NCBI GenBank assembly: GCA_964016885.1
Contig: OZ024753.1
Coordinates: forward strand, 8,246,001 to 8,310,000
DNA length: 64,000 bases
Reading direction: 5' to 3'
Origin: Eledone cirrhosa
Lineage: Eukaryota
Every line of letters starts with the position of its first letter. The first letter of the stretch is position 1. Below, piece after piece: positions 43,550-57,255 of the stretch. The translations under genes were made by a program, and so were the position numbers. The notes below the pieces were generated by a model. It saw only the letters and a program-made list of their open reading frames with translations. It did not search any database and had not been told where the DNA came from.

Positions 43550-43737
43550 ATTGGCAGTATTGGTAGAGGGTCGGATGTCATGCTTTGCAACATAGAGTTA
43601 TGGCCCTTTACGTTCTGAGTTCAAATCCCGCCTTTCATCCTCAATAGAATAAAGTACCAGTCACGTGCTGGTGTCGATTTGATCGACTTTCCTTCCCCCC
43701 AAAAAAAAATTGCTGGCCTTGTGCCTATATAAGAAAC

Positions 43738-43772
<35 letters not shown>

Positions 43773-43790
43773 TTATTATTATTGTTATAA
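43550..43790 (+). mobile_element. SINE family B copy
   Basis: Family B motif with (ATT)n tail. Confidence 0.85.
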
Positions 43791-44096
43791 TGTTTATAAT
43801 AACATTCTTTGTTCTTGAATAAAAACTTTTGCTGAAAGTTTAGATTTAGACAGAATTTAATCCAATTGATATTTCTATGATAGAATCTGAATCAAGTCTA
43901 AGAAGTCTTGGTATGGAAGCAATAAAAACATTGGGTGAACACAGCAGAAGTTTGATACAAATCTTCAATATCTACTATCTCTCTTAATGTTGACAGGTTA
44001 TATACGAACAAGAAATAACATATGGCTTTCTTTTGAAATTAGAACAACGACAACCTTATATATTATTGGATTAAAAAGGAAATATAATGTACTAGG

Positions 44097-44130
<34 letters not shown>

Positions 44131-44408
44131 GTCCTTCCATTACATATATGAAAATAAGTGTATATATATATATATATATATCATAATAGTAATTCTTCAC
44201 CAAGTTCCCTTGCTGGTCTGGGTTGGATAGGTCATCACAGTCCTCTTATTATTTAGTGTTGATCTCATTCTAGAGAGGATGATGAACTGCTTTACATGCC
44301 TATGTTTCATTCTTGTGGCTTCTATTACTAGAGCCGCTTCCAGACACATCAATTACTTCTCAGACTGAACTTGATGCATTTTATATTCATATATATTCAT
44401 ATATTCAT

Positions 44409-44625
44409 GAAGGCGTGTGGCTGAGTGGTTAGAGAACTGGATTCGCAATCGTGAGGTTGTGAGTTCGATTCCTGGACCGGGTGATGCGTTATGTCCTTGA
44501 GCAAGACACTTTATTTCACGTTGCTCCTTCTACCTGGAGTTGCGACCGATAGATAGTATTAGCAATTGGAAAGACCAATGGAAACACTGTTTCCTCGGTC
44601 CGATTTGACGAAAGTCGATCGTTAG
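44409..44625 (+). mobile_element. CORE-type SINE with well-preserved Pol III boxes and a distinct structured 3' end
   Basis: A box TGGCTGAGTGG; B box GTTCGATTCC; CCTTGAGCAAGACACTTTA; ATATTCAT on both sides (probable TSD). Confidence 0.8.
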
Positions 44626-44780
44626 GAATATTCATATAAGCAGCTGTAGAATACATACTAAAAGCTTGTGAGCAATATCAGATTGTATCAAAGTGATAAC
44701 AACATCTCTATTGCAGGAGCAATAACAAAATGTGCCAAAGAAAATGGATGTTAAGTGAGGGTATATATATATATATATAT

Positions 44781-45135
44781 ATATTATTTCAAAATATTAA
44801 TAAATCTAGACATTCATGTGATCAAATATATTTTATTATATATATTTCAGAGGTGTTCAATTCCAGTTTTGGACTGCCAAAACTGGAATTGAACCATCAG
44901 CTCAGTTGAGGTATGTCAGACATCAATTTATTTTATCTGATGAGGACGTACTGATGAAACAGCTCAGTACCTCTGAATTATATATAATAAAATATATTTG
45001 ATCACATGAATGTCTATATTTATTAATATTTTGAAATAATATTAATAACTTCAGAAAGCCTAACTGTTGAGTGCTTCTATTCTATTGTAAAACTATATTC
45101 ATTGATTAATCAATGAACCTTGTTAAACCTTTGGT

Positions 45136-45137
<2 letters not shown>
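44781..45137 (+). mobile_element. Family C-related element with 74-bp inverted arms, an 18-bp junction hairpin and a hammerhead at 44929-44994
   Basis: Arms 44781-44854/44969-45042; hairpin GTTCAATTCCAGTTTTGG actg CCAAAACTGGAATTGAAC. The + copy has GAAT in place of GAAA; the inverted arm retains GAAA. Confidence 0.8.
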
Positions 45138-45196
<59 letters not shown>

Positions 45197-45255
45197 TATA
45201 TATGCATATCATCATTATCATTTCTGCATTTCTTACATGCATATATACATATATA

Positions 45256-45870
45256 CATAGTGGCTGCCAACTCGTTTTCGAGTACGGCCACTACTTTATA
45301 TCCATGTAGGAGAACCCCTACCGATGCACTGAACGAATGTCACTTTTTAGTCCAGCCAGTGACTTGAAAACTCTGGTACAAACACTACACTTGTGACAAT
45401 TATTGACACATAATGCTAGGCCCATGGTACCATGTGATGACAAGTGCACAGAGATCTCCAGATATAAAGCAATGCCTGTGCCATGAAGTTTTTCTAGTGA
45501 ACAAAGGCACTGCACAAAGCCAGTCCCACTCTCTTAACCAAGATGATATTTACCAAAAAGAAGAACAAGTCAACATCATTAGATACCATCAGGGTTGCAG
45601 GTGTTATATCAGAGTTTTCCTTCTAGAATTCTGCCTTGACAAAGGCTAAGGGGTCATCTCGCCCGGTGATTTTGGATGGCCATTGACTCTTAAGAGCTCC
45701 TTTGCCCTTTGACAGGTTTTGTTTTTAGTCCTGCAGGATGTCCAAAGTCCAAAGTCACCCTCCTCACCAAGAAACCTTGGTGGGGTTGCCAGTTTAGTCG
45801 CCAACGACCTGACCATGAGACAGGTTGTACTGGGATACATGTTACCAGTAGCACCAACTGGTGACCTGAC
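45256..45870 (-). mobile_element. Non-autonomous RTE-derived element, longer copy (~615 bp), between TA-rich tracts
   Basis: Matches 13429-13888 with ~155 bp more 5' sequence; ends in a CSVCTRVFKSLAGLKS.IRS.HR* remnant. Confidence 0.75.
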
Positions 45871-46068
45871 ATATATATATAGATACATATATATATATAT
45901 AGATACATATATATATATATATATGTAGATATATATATATAAATACATATATAAATGCATATATAAATACATGTATAAATACATATATAGATATATATAT
46001 ATATATAAATACATATATAAATGCATATATAAATACATATATAGATACATATATATATATAAAAATAC

Positions 46069-46130
<62 letters not shown>

Positions 46131-46131
<1 letters not shown>

Positions 46132-46469
46132 GAGGCACATGGCTTAGTGGTTAGAGCATTGCCTTTGCAATCGAAAGGTTGTGAGTTCAATTCTCAGACC
46201 GGGTGATGTGTTGTTTCCTTGAGCAAGACACTTTATTTCACATTGCTCCAGTTTACTCAGCTGTAGAAATGAGATGATAGGGACTGGGGGTCCCTATCAT
46301 TCCACTGCAAAGTGGTCGTGGAGGTGCCACGGCAAAAAAGCACCCAGCACTCACTGTAAATGAGATTGGTGTTAGGAAGGGCATCCAGCTGTAGAAATCA
46401 AGCCAGAATCAGTTCCCGTCCCACCCTTGCAAGCAGGGAAAAGAGGACGTAAAATGAACTGATGATGAT
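46131..46469 (+). mobile_element. SINE family A, full length
   Basis: As 37008-37349. Confidence 0.92.
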
Positions 46470-46511
46470 ATATATATATATATATGTATATATATGTATA
46501 TTCATATTCTG

Positions 46512-46547
46512 TTTTCTGATGAAGGACTAGCGTCTGAAATGTCAAAA
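46512..46547 (+). ncRNA. Minimal hammerhead motif (family D)
   Basis: TTTT-CTGATGA-AGGACTAGCGTCT-GAAA-TGTC-AAAA. Confidence 0.65.
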
Positions 46548-46658
46548 ATCTTTTCCCTCTATATCAAGCGTAAACCTAATATATTATTTATTTCTTCCCT
46601 GTACTGTGTTGTTAGCTTTGTAATTTCTGTTTGCCTTTTGCCTATATATATACATATT

Positions 46659-46927
46659 ATCATCATTTCATCATTTCATTTTACGTCCGCTTATTCCCTG
46701 CTTGCAAGGGTGGGACGGGAACTGATTCTGGCTTGATTTCTACAGCTGGATGCCCTTCGTAACACCAACCTCATTTACAGTGAGTGCTGGGTGCTTTTTT
46801 GCCGTGGCACCTCCACGACCACTTTGCAGTGGAATGATATGGACCCCAGTCTCTATCATCTCATTTCTACAGCTGAGTAAACTGGAGCAATGTGAAATAA
46901 AGTGTCTTGCTCAAGGAAACAACACAT

Positions 46928-46930
<3 letters not shown>
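46659..46930 (-). mobile_element. SINE family A, 5'-truncated, inverted relative to 46131-46469
   Basis: Reverse complement of ~46204-46469. Confidence 0.9.
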
Positions 46931-46964
<34 letters not shown>

Positions 46965-47439
46965 TCATCATGCCAGCTTTTCCATACTTCCATATACATA
47001 TATATATGCAAGCAGGGAAAAATCAGACATAAAATGATGATATATACACACACTCACACACACATACTACATATAAATAGGGAGAGACTACATATAACTC
47101 ACCATCATATCAGAATACTGAGAATACTGTAGTGTTTTATATATAATCACCAGACTCTCTCCCCCCACCCTTCACTATACAACCCATTTATCATATCTTA
47201 CTTCATCATCAATAACTAGCAATAAACTGCATGTTGTAATGTCTAGAGGAACAACAAAGCCTTGTGTTTTGTTTGCTTTTCATCTTCTGAGCCATGATTC
47301 ATAGTTCAGAATGTAACCAGTCAGCCAGGATATATTAAATATGATCACAATGAAACAGCTATAACCTTCATAGAAAAACATTTGAAAACTCAAACACAAG
47401 GAATAATTGTTAAAACAGCTGAATATTGTCAATGACAGC

Positions 47440-47735
47440 AGCATGTGACTTAGGTAAAAATACTTCTAATCAGTGACCAGTGGTCAGTAAAGCATGTAAG
47501 TCAGGTAAATATACATCTAAGGACAGAAATGAGAGACGAGTGGTCAGTAAAGAGAAAAGTAAAGCATGTAAGTCAGGTAAATATACATCTAAGGACAGAA
47601 ATCAGAGACCAGTGGTCAGTAAAGAGAAAAGTAAAGCATGTAAATCAGGTAAAAATAGCTCTGATCAGTGATCAGTGACCAGTGATCAATAAAGCATGCA
47701 AGTCAGGTAAAGTTATCTCTAAGGACCAAAATCAG
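47440..47735. repeat. Degenerate ~60-72-bp tandem repeat
   Basis: AAAGCATGTAAGTCAGGTAAA recurs four to five times. Confidence 0.85.
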
Positions 47736-47952
47736 TTTTCAAATTATTCCTATGAATTTCAAACACACTCATGCTGTGTCTCGATTTTTGAGGCAACAAT
47801 GTTTGTTTATTTAACTAAAATTTTATCTCATGCACACTCACGCACACTCACATACGAGATGTCAACATGAATGGACCTGTTATTTTTATCTAAAGACATT
47901 TTTTCTAATTCCATCCCGCCCGTCCCCTCAATCTATCTTATTTCTCATTCTT

Positions 47953-47988
47953 TCTTCTGATGAAGGATTAGCGTCTGAAACGTTAAGA
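47953..47988 (+). ncRNA. Minimal hammerhead motif (family D) in element ~47860-48075
   Basis: TCTT-CTGATGA-AGGATTAGCGTCT-GAAAC-GTT-AAGA; palindromic AACGTT at stem III. Confidence 0.7.
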
Positions 47989-48072
47989 CCCTCTTCCTGC
48001 TATATCAAGTGTTAACCTAATATATACCTTCCATAGACTGTACCGATTGTGTTGTTATTTCTGTTTACCTTT

Positions 48073-48104
<32 letters not shown>

Positions 48105-48220
48105 TCTATGTATATATGTATGTATGTATATATATATATATGTATATATATGTATGTATATATGTATATATATGTATATATGTATATATATGTATGTATA
48201 TATATATATATATATGTATG

Positions 48221-48255
<35 letters not shown>

Positions 48256-48486
48256 GTATGTATGTATATATGTATGTATGTATATATATGTATGTATGTA
48301 TGTATATATATATGTATATATGTATATATATATGTATATATGTATATATGTATGTATATATGTATGTATATATGTATATATGTATATATGTATGTATATA
48401 TATATATATGTATATATGTATGTATATATATATATATGTATATATGTATGTATATATATATATGTATATATATATATGTATGTATA

Positions 48487-49037
48487 TGTAGTGACCTACA
48501 TTCCGCGGGCTCACATACATTCTCTGTGCGTGATTTGGCTCAGTTCAGCCAATCAGCGCCAGTAGAAGAGGATGTATCCCTACGCGCCCTGAGGAAGAAA
48601 TTCCCCGCGAAGATTTGAAGAATCTCTAGCTTGTACCAGAAATTCGAGCCAGCAACACGCATAATGTAACAGTGAGATATTGCACCACTAGCCTCGCCGG
48701 CTTAACGGCGCAATGGCACATTCCATTTTGTAACCTCTTTGTATCTGTAACTTCAACCATATAAATAAACAAACATTTCATCTCTAATTACTGCGGTTGA
48801 AGTCGTTGTTATGTTACTCGTGTCTCAATGACATCTTTAGTCCATGCTGCTGGAATTGGCGACCTGACGAAAGGAATATTGTAAATAGATGGTAAATAGA
48901 TCGAGGGACCTTCCCTCACGTCTATGTCAACAAGATAATCCAACGAGGATACTATCACTTACCACACTGGCAACTAACGACCACTGATTCTACCACCCCG
49001 CTAAAGTGGCGATAACATCTACAACTAATAACTGCTA
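48487..49037 (+). mobile_element. Possible LTR plus PBS fragment inserted in TA microsatellite
   Basis: Starts TGTAGTG; CCAAT at ~48549; AATAAA at ~48764; PBS-like TGGCGACC at ~48857; CpG-rich. No clear ...CA LTR end. Confidence 0.35.
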
Positions 49038-49367
49038 AATATATATATATATATGTATATATATGTTTGGAATCATCAGAGCATTATCAATGTTTGTACA
49101 TATAATTAACCTCCTATTCAACTGAACAATAATATAGATACATATAAATTGATGTTGTGAGCAACAGTTTCGTATTTACAGGGTGGAATGGATGTGACAT
49201 ATATTTTACGAGAATTGTACAATAATTGTACAAACATTCAAATTCAAATTAAATTAAAATCAAAAGCATGGTGTGGAATACATGCAACAGTTAAAACAAG
49301 GTAATAGTCTAAATATTAAAGAGGTATTGAGGAAGTATATATATATATATATACATATATATTATAA

Positions 49368-49600
49368 TATAATAGAATATAAAAGAAAAACGAACACAGA
49401 CATATACATATGTATATGTGTTCAAATTGTAAGGGACCGGATGCGCTAAGGTGAAAAGAATACTAACTATAGACATAACTATAGAATACTAACTATAGAC
49501 ATATACTAACTATTCACCTTAGCGAATCAGGTCCCTTACCATTTGAACACATATATGTATATATCTGTGTTCGTTTTTCTTTTATATTCTATTATAATAT
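49368..49600. repeat. ~85-bp inverted arms of a TA-flanked element related to 60210-60300
   Basis: TATAATAGAATATAAAAGAAAAACGAACACAGA...GGTGAA pairs with TTCACC...TCTGTGTTCGTTTTTCTTTTATATTCTATTATA. Confidence 0.85.
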
Positions 49601-49915
49601 ACGGCTCGGAAATATCTCTTTCTTAGAGCTATTTTATTGTAAGAGACTAACTCAATATATACCTTTGATATATATATATATATATATCATCATCATCATT
49701 CATCATCATCATCGTTTAACGTCCGTGTTCCATGCTTGCATGGGTTTGGACGGGAATTTTCCCACTTGAGGCAAGAGTGGTTGTCTTGCTCGCATAGGAC
49801 TGTCTGGCGGGTTTTCTACAGTTGGATGCCCTTCCTAACACCAACCACATTTACAGTGTGGGACTGATAATATTCAAAATATTAACAAAAATAGACATTC
49901 TTGTGATCAAGTATA

Positions 49916-49978
49916 ATTTATTATACATATTTCAGAGGTACTGAGCTAACTTCAACAGTACGTCCTCATCAGATTGAA
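49916..49978 (-). ncRNA. Hammerhead motif (family C-related), stem I degraded
   Basis: Minus strand: CTGATGA-GGACGTACTG..CAGTACCTCT-GAAA-TATGTAT-A. Confidence 0.6.
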
Positions 49979-50285
49979 ATAAGATGATGCATGACATACC
50001 CTGACATAGTAGATGGTTAAGATTCAGTCATGTAAAACTCATTCTTTGATTTATTAATTGAACCTTGTTTAACCTTTAAATATATATATATACAATCAGG
50101 TTTGTTGGTTCACCACTGGATAGAACTGGTCATTCCGTATGGTCAACCTCGATGTAATATTATGGAGAGCACTCAACGTAATGCAACTCACCCGTCTTCG
50201 TTTATGTAGTTGGTGGTGCGAGTACGGAGTTAATTATTATAAAATAAGAGGAGGCTGGACTGGTGTAATTCCTTAAAGGTTTATT

Positions 50286-50343
50286 ATACTATGATCATTT
50301 CAATGACCAGGTTCAGTATGAATCCGGTGACATCATCAGGTAT
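50286..50343 (-). ncRNA. Type I hammerhead motif (family I) in TA-flanked element ~50093-50447
   Basis: Minus strand: ATAC-CTGATGA-TGTCACCGGATTCA tac TGAACCTGGTCATT-GAAATGATCATA-GTAT; palindromic ATGATCAT stem III; AATAAA follows. Confidence 0.8.
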
Positions 50344-50626
50344 TCGAAATATAACAAAGGAATATAATCCATGGGGCTGAAAAGGCAGAGAGACAAGAAG
50401 GCAGCTCACATTTAGCAGTTTCTAGTTCGGTCGGCCACCTTCAAGTAATATATATATATGTATATATATATATATCTCTATATATATATACTCACATATA
50501 CATATTTATATATATATATATATACATACTCACATAAATATGTACATATATATATATATACATACTCACATAAACATCTACATATTTATATATATATATA
50601 TATATATATACATATACATACTCACC

Positions 50627-50709
<83 letters not shown>

Positions 50710-51367
50710 ATATACATATATATATATACATACTCACATAAACATATACATATATATGCATGCACGCTCACATAAACATGCATCTATGTATGTGCACAGA
50801 TATACACAAATCCACACATGTATCTGCACCCATACATACACATACACATATGCACATGCATCCATACATACACATACACACATGCATATGCATCCATACA
50901 TACACATACACACATGCACATGCATACACATACACACATGCACATGCATCCATACATACACATACACATATGCACATGCATCCATACATACACATACACA
51001 CATGCACACGCATCCATACACACACATACACACATGCACACATCTACCTGCACCCATACATATGCAATCATATAATCATAAAAAAGTTATTTAAATAAAA
51101 ACCATCTTTCTAGTTTCAAGTCATGGAAATATATAATTAAAAACCAATAATTCTGTAGGGCTTTTATTTAGATTGTTTTGTTTTAATTATTAGTATTGTT
51201 TTTGTTTTATTTTCATTTGATAAATTTATTATTATTATTGTTGTTGTTGTTGTCATTGTTTTTCCTTTTCCATCAGCATTTTTTTCTGAATCCTTCTTCT
51301 TCTTCTTTTTCTTTTTCTTCTTCTTCTTATCGTTTTTCCTTTTCTTTTTCTTTCAATATGGTTTCTG

Positions 51368-51470
51368 TAACTTTGCCTTTCATCCTTACGGGGTTGATAA
51401 AATAAAGTACCAGTAATACACTGGGGTAATTTGCTGGCCTTGTGCCTAAAGTAGAAACAATTATTATTAT

Positions 51471-51502
<32 letters not shown>

Positions 51503-51655
51503 TTATGCTTTCCAGCATAGAGTTACGTCATTTTACTGTCTGAGTTCAAATCCCGCCGAGGTCAACTTTGCCTTTCATCCTTACGGGGGTTCGATAAAAT
51601 AAAGTACCAGTAATGCACTGATTTAAGTGCTGGCCTTGTGCCTAAAGTAGAAACA

Positions 51656-51690
<35 letters not shown>

Positions 51691-51755
51691 TATTGTTATT
51701 ATTATTATTATTGTTATTACTATTATTATTATTATTATTATTATTATAATAATTA
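51368..51755 (+). mobile_element. Two tandem 5'-truncated SINE family B copies with long (ATT)n tails
   Basis: Family B motif twice. Confidence 0.85.
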
Positions 51756-51939
51756 TCGGTTATTATCGGTTATTATTTGTCGTCATTCTTGCTCTCCTCC
51801 TTTTTATTTTTTCCTTCTGGCACTTCTATGAAAGAATTGATAAAGATTCTGCATTGTAAAACATTAAAAGGTTAATCTAAAATGGTGGAAGGAGCAGCTG
51901 ATTGAGAAGATAATGAAACCAATATTGAACCATAATACT

Positions 51940-52955
51940 GCACACACACACACACACACACACTCTCATATATACATACTCACACGCATACACACACACA
52001 CTCTCATATATACATACTCACACGCATACACACACACACTCTCATATATACATACTCACACGCATACACACACACACTCTCATATATACATACTCACACG
52101 CATACACACACACACTCTCTCTCTCATATATACATACTCACACGCATACACACACACACACACACACACTCTCTCATATATACATACTCACACGCATACA
52201 CACACACACACACACACTCTCTCATATATACATACTCACACGCATACACACAGGCACTCATGCATACTCGTACACACTCATACACACAGAGACATTCATA
52301 CGCACACACTCATACACACAGACACTCACTCACACAAACACACACACACTCACACACTCACACACTCATACACACAGTCATTCGCATGCACACACTCATA
52401 CAACACAAAAACACTCACACACAAACACACGCACGCACACACTCATACACACAGAGACATTCACATGCACACACTCATATACACAGACACTCACTCACAC
52501 AAACACACACACTCATACAGACAGACATTCACACGCACACACTCATACACACACACTCACACACACACTCATACACACACAAACATTCTCAAACACACAA
52601 ACACTCACTCACACACACACACTCATACATATACAGACACACACTCACATAAACAGATACTCATACACACGCTCACACATAGACACAATCACACATACAG
52701 AGACACTCTCACACACAGCCACTCATACACAGAGACACTCATACACACACTCACACATACAGAGACACTCATATACACAGGCATACACACACATACATAC
52801 ACACATACATACATACACACACGCACACATACACTCATACATACACAGAAACACGCGCACACACACTCACACATACAGATGCACTCACACATAGAGACAC
52901 ACATACGTAGAGAGACACACACAGACACACGCAAACACATACACACACACACACT
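51940..52955. repeat. CA-rich minisatellite / cryptic (CA)n
   Basis: CACACTCTCATATATACATACTCACACGCATACA units, then degenerate (CA)n. Confidence 0.92.
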
Positions 52956-53889
52956 TGTACAATATTGAAAAATATTATGAAGCATTTTTGTTGTAGTTTT
53001 TAAGTAGAACTGAACAGATAAGTTATTGAATGAGGGATTGCTGCTGCTGTTGTTGTTGTATCTTTTTGTTGTTGTTTTGGTTGCTGTTGTTGTGTGTCTT
53101 TTTGTTGTTGGTGTTGTTGTTGTTGTTGTTGCTGTCTTTTCTTAATTGTTTATTAAACAGGAATGTAAATTAAGAAGAAAGGAAATTAAGTTTCTCAATT
53201 CTGGGTAAAATTGGAAAAGAATCGTGTGGAAAAAAAATATATTTAATAAAGAAAAAAGTACCAGAAAAAAGCAAACAAAAGGGTTATTTTTTTTAGCTTT
53301 TCTTTAAATTTGTTTTGTTTTGTTTTTAACTGTTAAAGTAATGAAAATTTTATGTAATAAATGTTGGGAAGGGATAGAATATAGCATGGGTTGGTAGGGG
53401 TCTGTTGGGAAGGGATAGAATATAGCATGGGCTGGTAGGGGTCTGTGGGTCAGGAATATGATGAATAATCTTAAGTGTAAAGAATTTATTCTCATCTCAT
53501 CTTTTATTGTGTTTTTGACAGAAAGATCAAAACTGCTCAACTATAAACCCACTTGAAAAAATTGTATCAATTCATCTTGAAAGTACATCTGTAGTAATAG
53601 TGAAATGACAACTGAAATTTCCAGCTCATGACTAAACATGTTTTAACTAGTCACCCACAAGGTTATATCTTATGGGAATAAGAGTCATAGATACACTGTG
53701 TCTGGATATAAGGCTGGATAGTCTTGGCTAGAAAGCTTTAGTCATAACTCCCATTGATACAATTTTTATATGAGACATATATTTTACTTTGTCATCTCCT
53801 CGAATAATTAATGAGTAATATCACCATGTAATTGCATGAAAGGGAACCATTTCCTTTGATAAGGACTTTAAGCCTTTAAACATTGCTAC

Positions 53890-55435
53890 TTTACTTACCT
53901 AACTACCGACATACCTACCCCCTTCTCTATCTACCTACCCACATACCACCTACATACCTACCTACTTACCTACCTACCTACATGTCTACCTATCTACATA
54001 ACTAGCTAGGTAGCTACCTACCTACCTTCTTATCAACATAGCTAGCTATCTACCTACCTGCCTACCTACCTACCTACCTACCTACCTACCTACCTACCTA
54101 CCTACCTACCTACCTACCTACCTACCTACCTACCTACCTACCTAACTACCTACCTACCTAACTACCTACCTACCTACCTACCTAGCTACTTACCTACCTA
54201 CCTATCAACATAGCTAGCTAGCTAGCTACCTACCTACCTACCTACCTACCTACCTACCTACCTACCTAACTACCTACCTACCTAACTACCTACATACCTA
54301 CCTAACTACCTACATACCTACCTAACTACCTACATACCTACCTACCTACATACCTACCTAACTACATACCTACCTACCTACCTACCTACCTACATACCTA
54401 CCTACCTACCTACCTACCTACCTACCTAGCTACTTACCTACCTACCTATCAACATAGCTAGCTAGCTAGCTACCTACCTACCTACCTAACTACCTACATA
54501 CCTACCTAACTACCTACATACCTACCTACCTACCTACATACCTACCTACCTACATACCTACCTAACTACATACCTACCTACCTACCTACCTACCTACCTA
54601 CATACCTACCTACCTACCTACCTACCTAGCTACTTACCTACCTACCTATCAACATAGCTAGCTAGCTAGCTACCTACCTACCTACCTACCTACCTACCTA
54701 CCTACCTACCTACCTACCTAACTACCTACATACCTACCTAACTACATACCTACCTACCTACCTACCTACATACCTACCTACCTACATACCTACCTAACTA
54801 CATACCTACCTACCTACCTACCTACCTACCTACCTACCTACATACCTACCTACCTACCTACCTACCTACCTACCTACCTAGCTACTTACCTACCTACCTA
54901 TCAACATAGCTAGCTAGCTAGCTACCTACCTACCTACCTACCTACCTAACTACCTACATACCTACCTAACTACCTACATACCTACCTACCTACCTACCTA
55001 CCTACCTACCTACCTACCAACATACCTACCTAACTACCTACCTACCTACCTACCTACTTACCTACCGACTTACCTACCTACCTAACTACCTACCTACCAA
55101 CATAGCTAGGCACCTATCAACTTACCCACCCATCTACCTATTTACCTACCAACTTACCCACCCACCTACCTATCTACCTACCTACCTACCCACCAACTTA
55201 CCCACCCACCTACCTATCTACCTACCTACCTACCCACCAACTTACCCACCCACCTACCTACCTATTTACCTACCAACTTACCCACCCACCCACCTACCTA
55301 TCTACCTACCTACCTACCTACCTATTTGCCTACCAACTTACCCACCCACCTACCTACCTATTTACCTACCAACTTACCCACCCACCTACTTACCTATTTA
55401 CCTACCAACTTACCCACCCACCTACCTACCTACCT
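53890..55435. repeat. (CTAC)n satellite with ~220-250-bp higher-order punctuation
   Basis: TAGCTACTTACCTACCTACCTATCAACATAGCTAGCTAGCTAGC recurs at ~54183, 54427, 54627 and 54879. Confidence 0.95.
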
Positions 55436-55575
55436 CTCGAGGAGAAAGCCTTAGAAAAACTTTCAAGAGTCAAATATATTAGATTCTGTATCGATTGAAA
55501 GAAATTTAGTTTCTCTCGTCAATCAAATTGAATATTTCCCATCATATAATCTCGTTTTCCAATTTCAATATATAA

Positions 55576-55577
<2 letters not shown>

Positions 55578-55631
<54 letters not shown>

Positions 55632-56404
55632 GTATGTGTGTGTGAGAGAGAGTAAGTGTGTGTGTGTGTGTGTGTGTTAGTATGTGTGTGTGTGTGTGTG
55701 AGAGAGTAAGTGTGTGTGTGTGTTAGTCTGAGAGTGCGTGCGTGTGTGTATGAGAGAGGGTGTTAGTCTGTGTGACAGAGAGGGTGTGTGTGTGAGAGAG
55801 AGATAGTGTGTGTGTGTATGTTAGTCTGAGAGAGTGTGTGAGAGAGGGGGGGGTAGTCTGTGTGACAGAGAGAGAGTATGTGTGTGTGTGTGTGTGTAAG
55901 AGAGAGTAAGTGTGTGTGTGTATGTTAGTCTGAGAGAGAGTGTATGTGTGAGAGGGGGGGGGTTAGTCTGTGTGACAGAGAGAGAGTATGTGTGTGTGTG
56001 TTAGTCTGAGAGAGAGAGAGAGTGTGTGTGTGTGTGTGTGTGTGTGTGAGAGGGGGGGTGTTAGTTTGTGTGACAGAGAGAGAGTATGTGTGTGTGTTAG
56101 TCTGAGAGAGTGTGTGTGTGTGAGAGGGGGGTGTTAGTCTGTGTGACAGAGAGAGAGTATGTGTGTGTGTGTTAGTCTGAGAGAGAGTGTGTGTGTGTGA
56201 GAGGGGGGTGTTAGTCTGTGTGACAGAGAGTATGTGTGTGTGTATGTTAGTCTGAGAGAGAGTGTGTGTGTATGTGAGGGGGTGTTAGTCTGTGTGAGAG
56301 AGCGTGTGTTAGTTTGTGTCAGAGAGAGAGGGTGTGTGTTTGTGTGTTAGTGTGTGTGTGTGTTAGTGTGTGTGTGTGTGTTAGTGTGTGTGTTAGTGTG
56401 TGTG

Positions 56405-56456
<52 letters not shown>
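55578..56456. repeat. (GT)n/(GA)n compound minisatellite with GTTAGTCTG motif
   Basis: Directly visible. Confidence 0.92.
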
Positions 56457-56457
<1 letters not shown>

Positions 56458-56540
56458 TAATTGGCCCCAAGAAATAATGGTATTTCTGTATTTCAGGAAC
56501 TAATTTACCAAAGTAAATTTTTATCTTGACAACTATCACT

Positions 56541-56641
<101 letters not shown>

Positions 56642-57153
56642 TCTCCTCCCACCCTCTCTCTATCTTTCTGTCTACCTTCCTCTCTCTCTCATCAATGTAA
56701 CTATTTACATATGCAACTATCATATTCTCTCTCTCCCTCTCTATCTCCCTCCCTTCCCCTCTCTCCCTCTCTGTCTCCCTTCCTCCCTCCCCCTTCCGCT
56801 CTCGCTGTCTCCCTCCTTCCCCCTTCCCCTATCTCTGTCTCCCCCCTTCCCCCTGCCCCACCAATATAACTATTTACCTGTACAAACTATCTGTCATTAG
56901 AACCACTTAAACTACATTATGGCCCAAACAACTATTTAAGAAGAAAATATAAAAAGTGAAAATGAAAGTGAAAGTACCTCAAACAACTCCTCCCTCCTCC
57001 TCACATTTAATGTCATATAACTCCCTCCTCCCCCTCCTCCTCCTGAAACAACTTCTGTAAGATTGAATCCTGCTTTGCTGCTTTTTGTTTTTTACTTTCA
57101 TTTTTATCAAAATCCTGGATGTTTAAAACTAATTATTGCTATCTCTCTCTCTT

Positions 57154-57204
<51 letters not shown>

Positions 57205-57255
57205 GTGTCTCTGTAGGCCTGCCTCTCTCTCAGTATATCTTTCTCTCTCTCTCTC

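Noticed and set aside
55700-56400. Telomere-like GTTAG motifs
   Set aside because: The motif is GTTAGTC within GT/GA repeats, not tandem TTAGGG.
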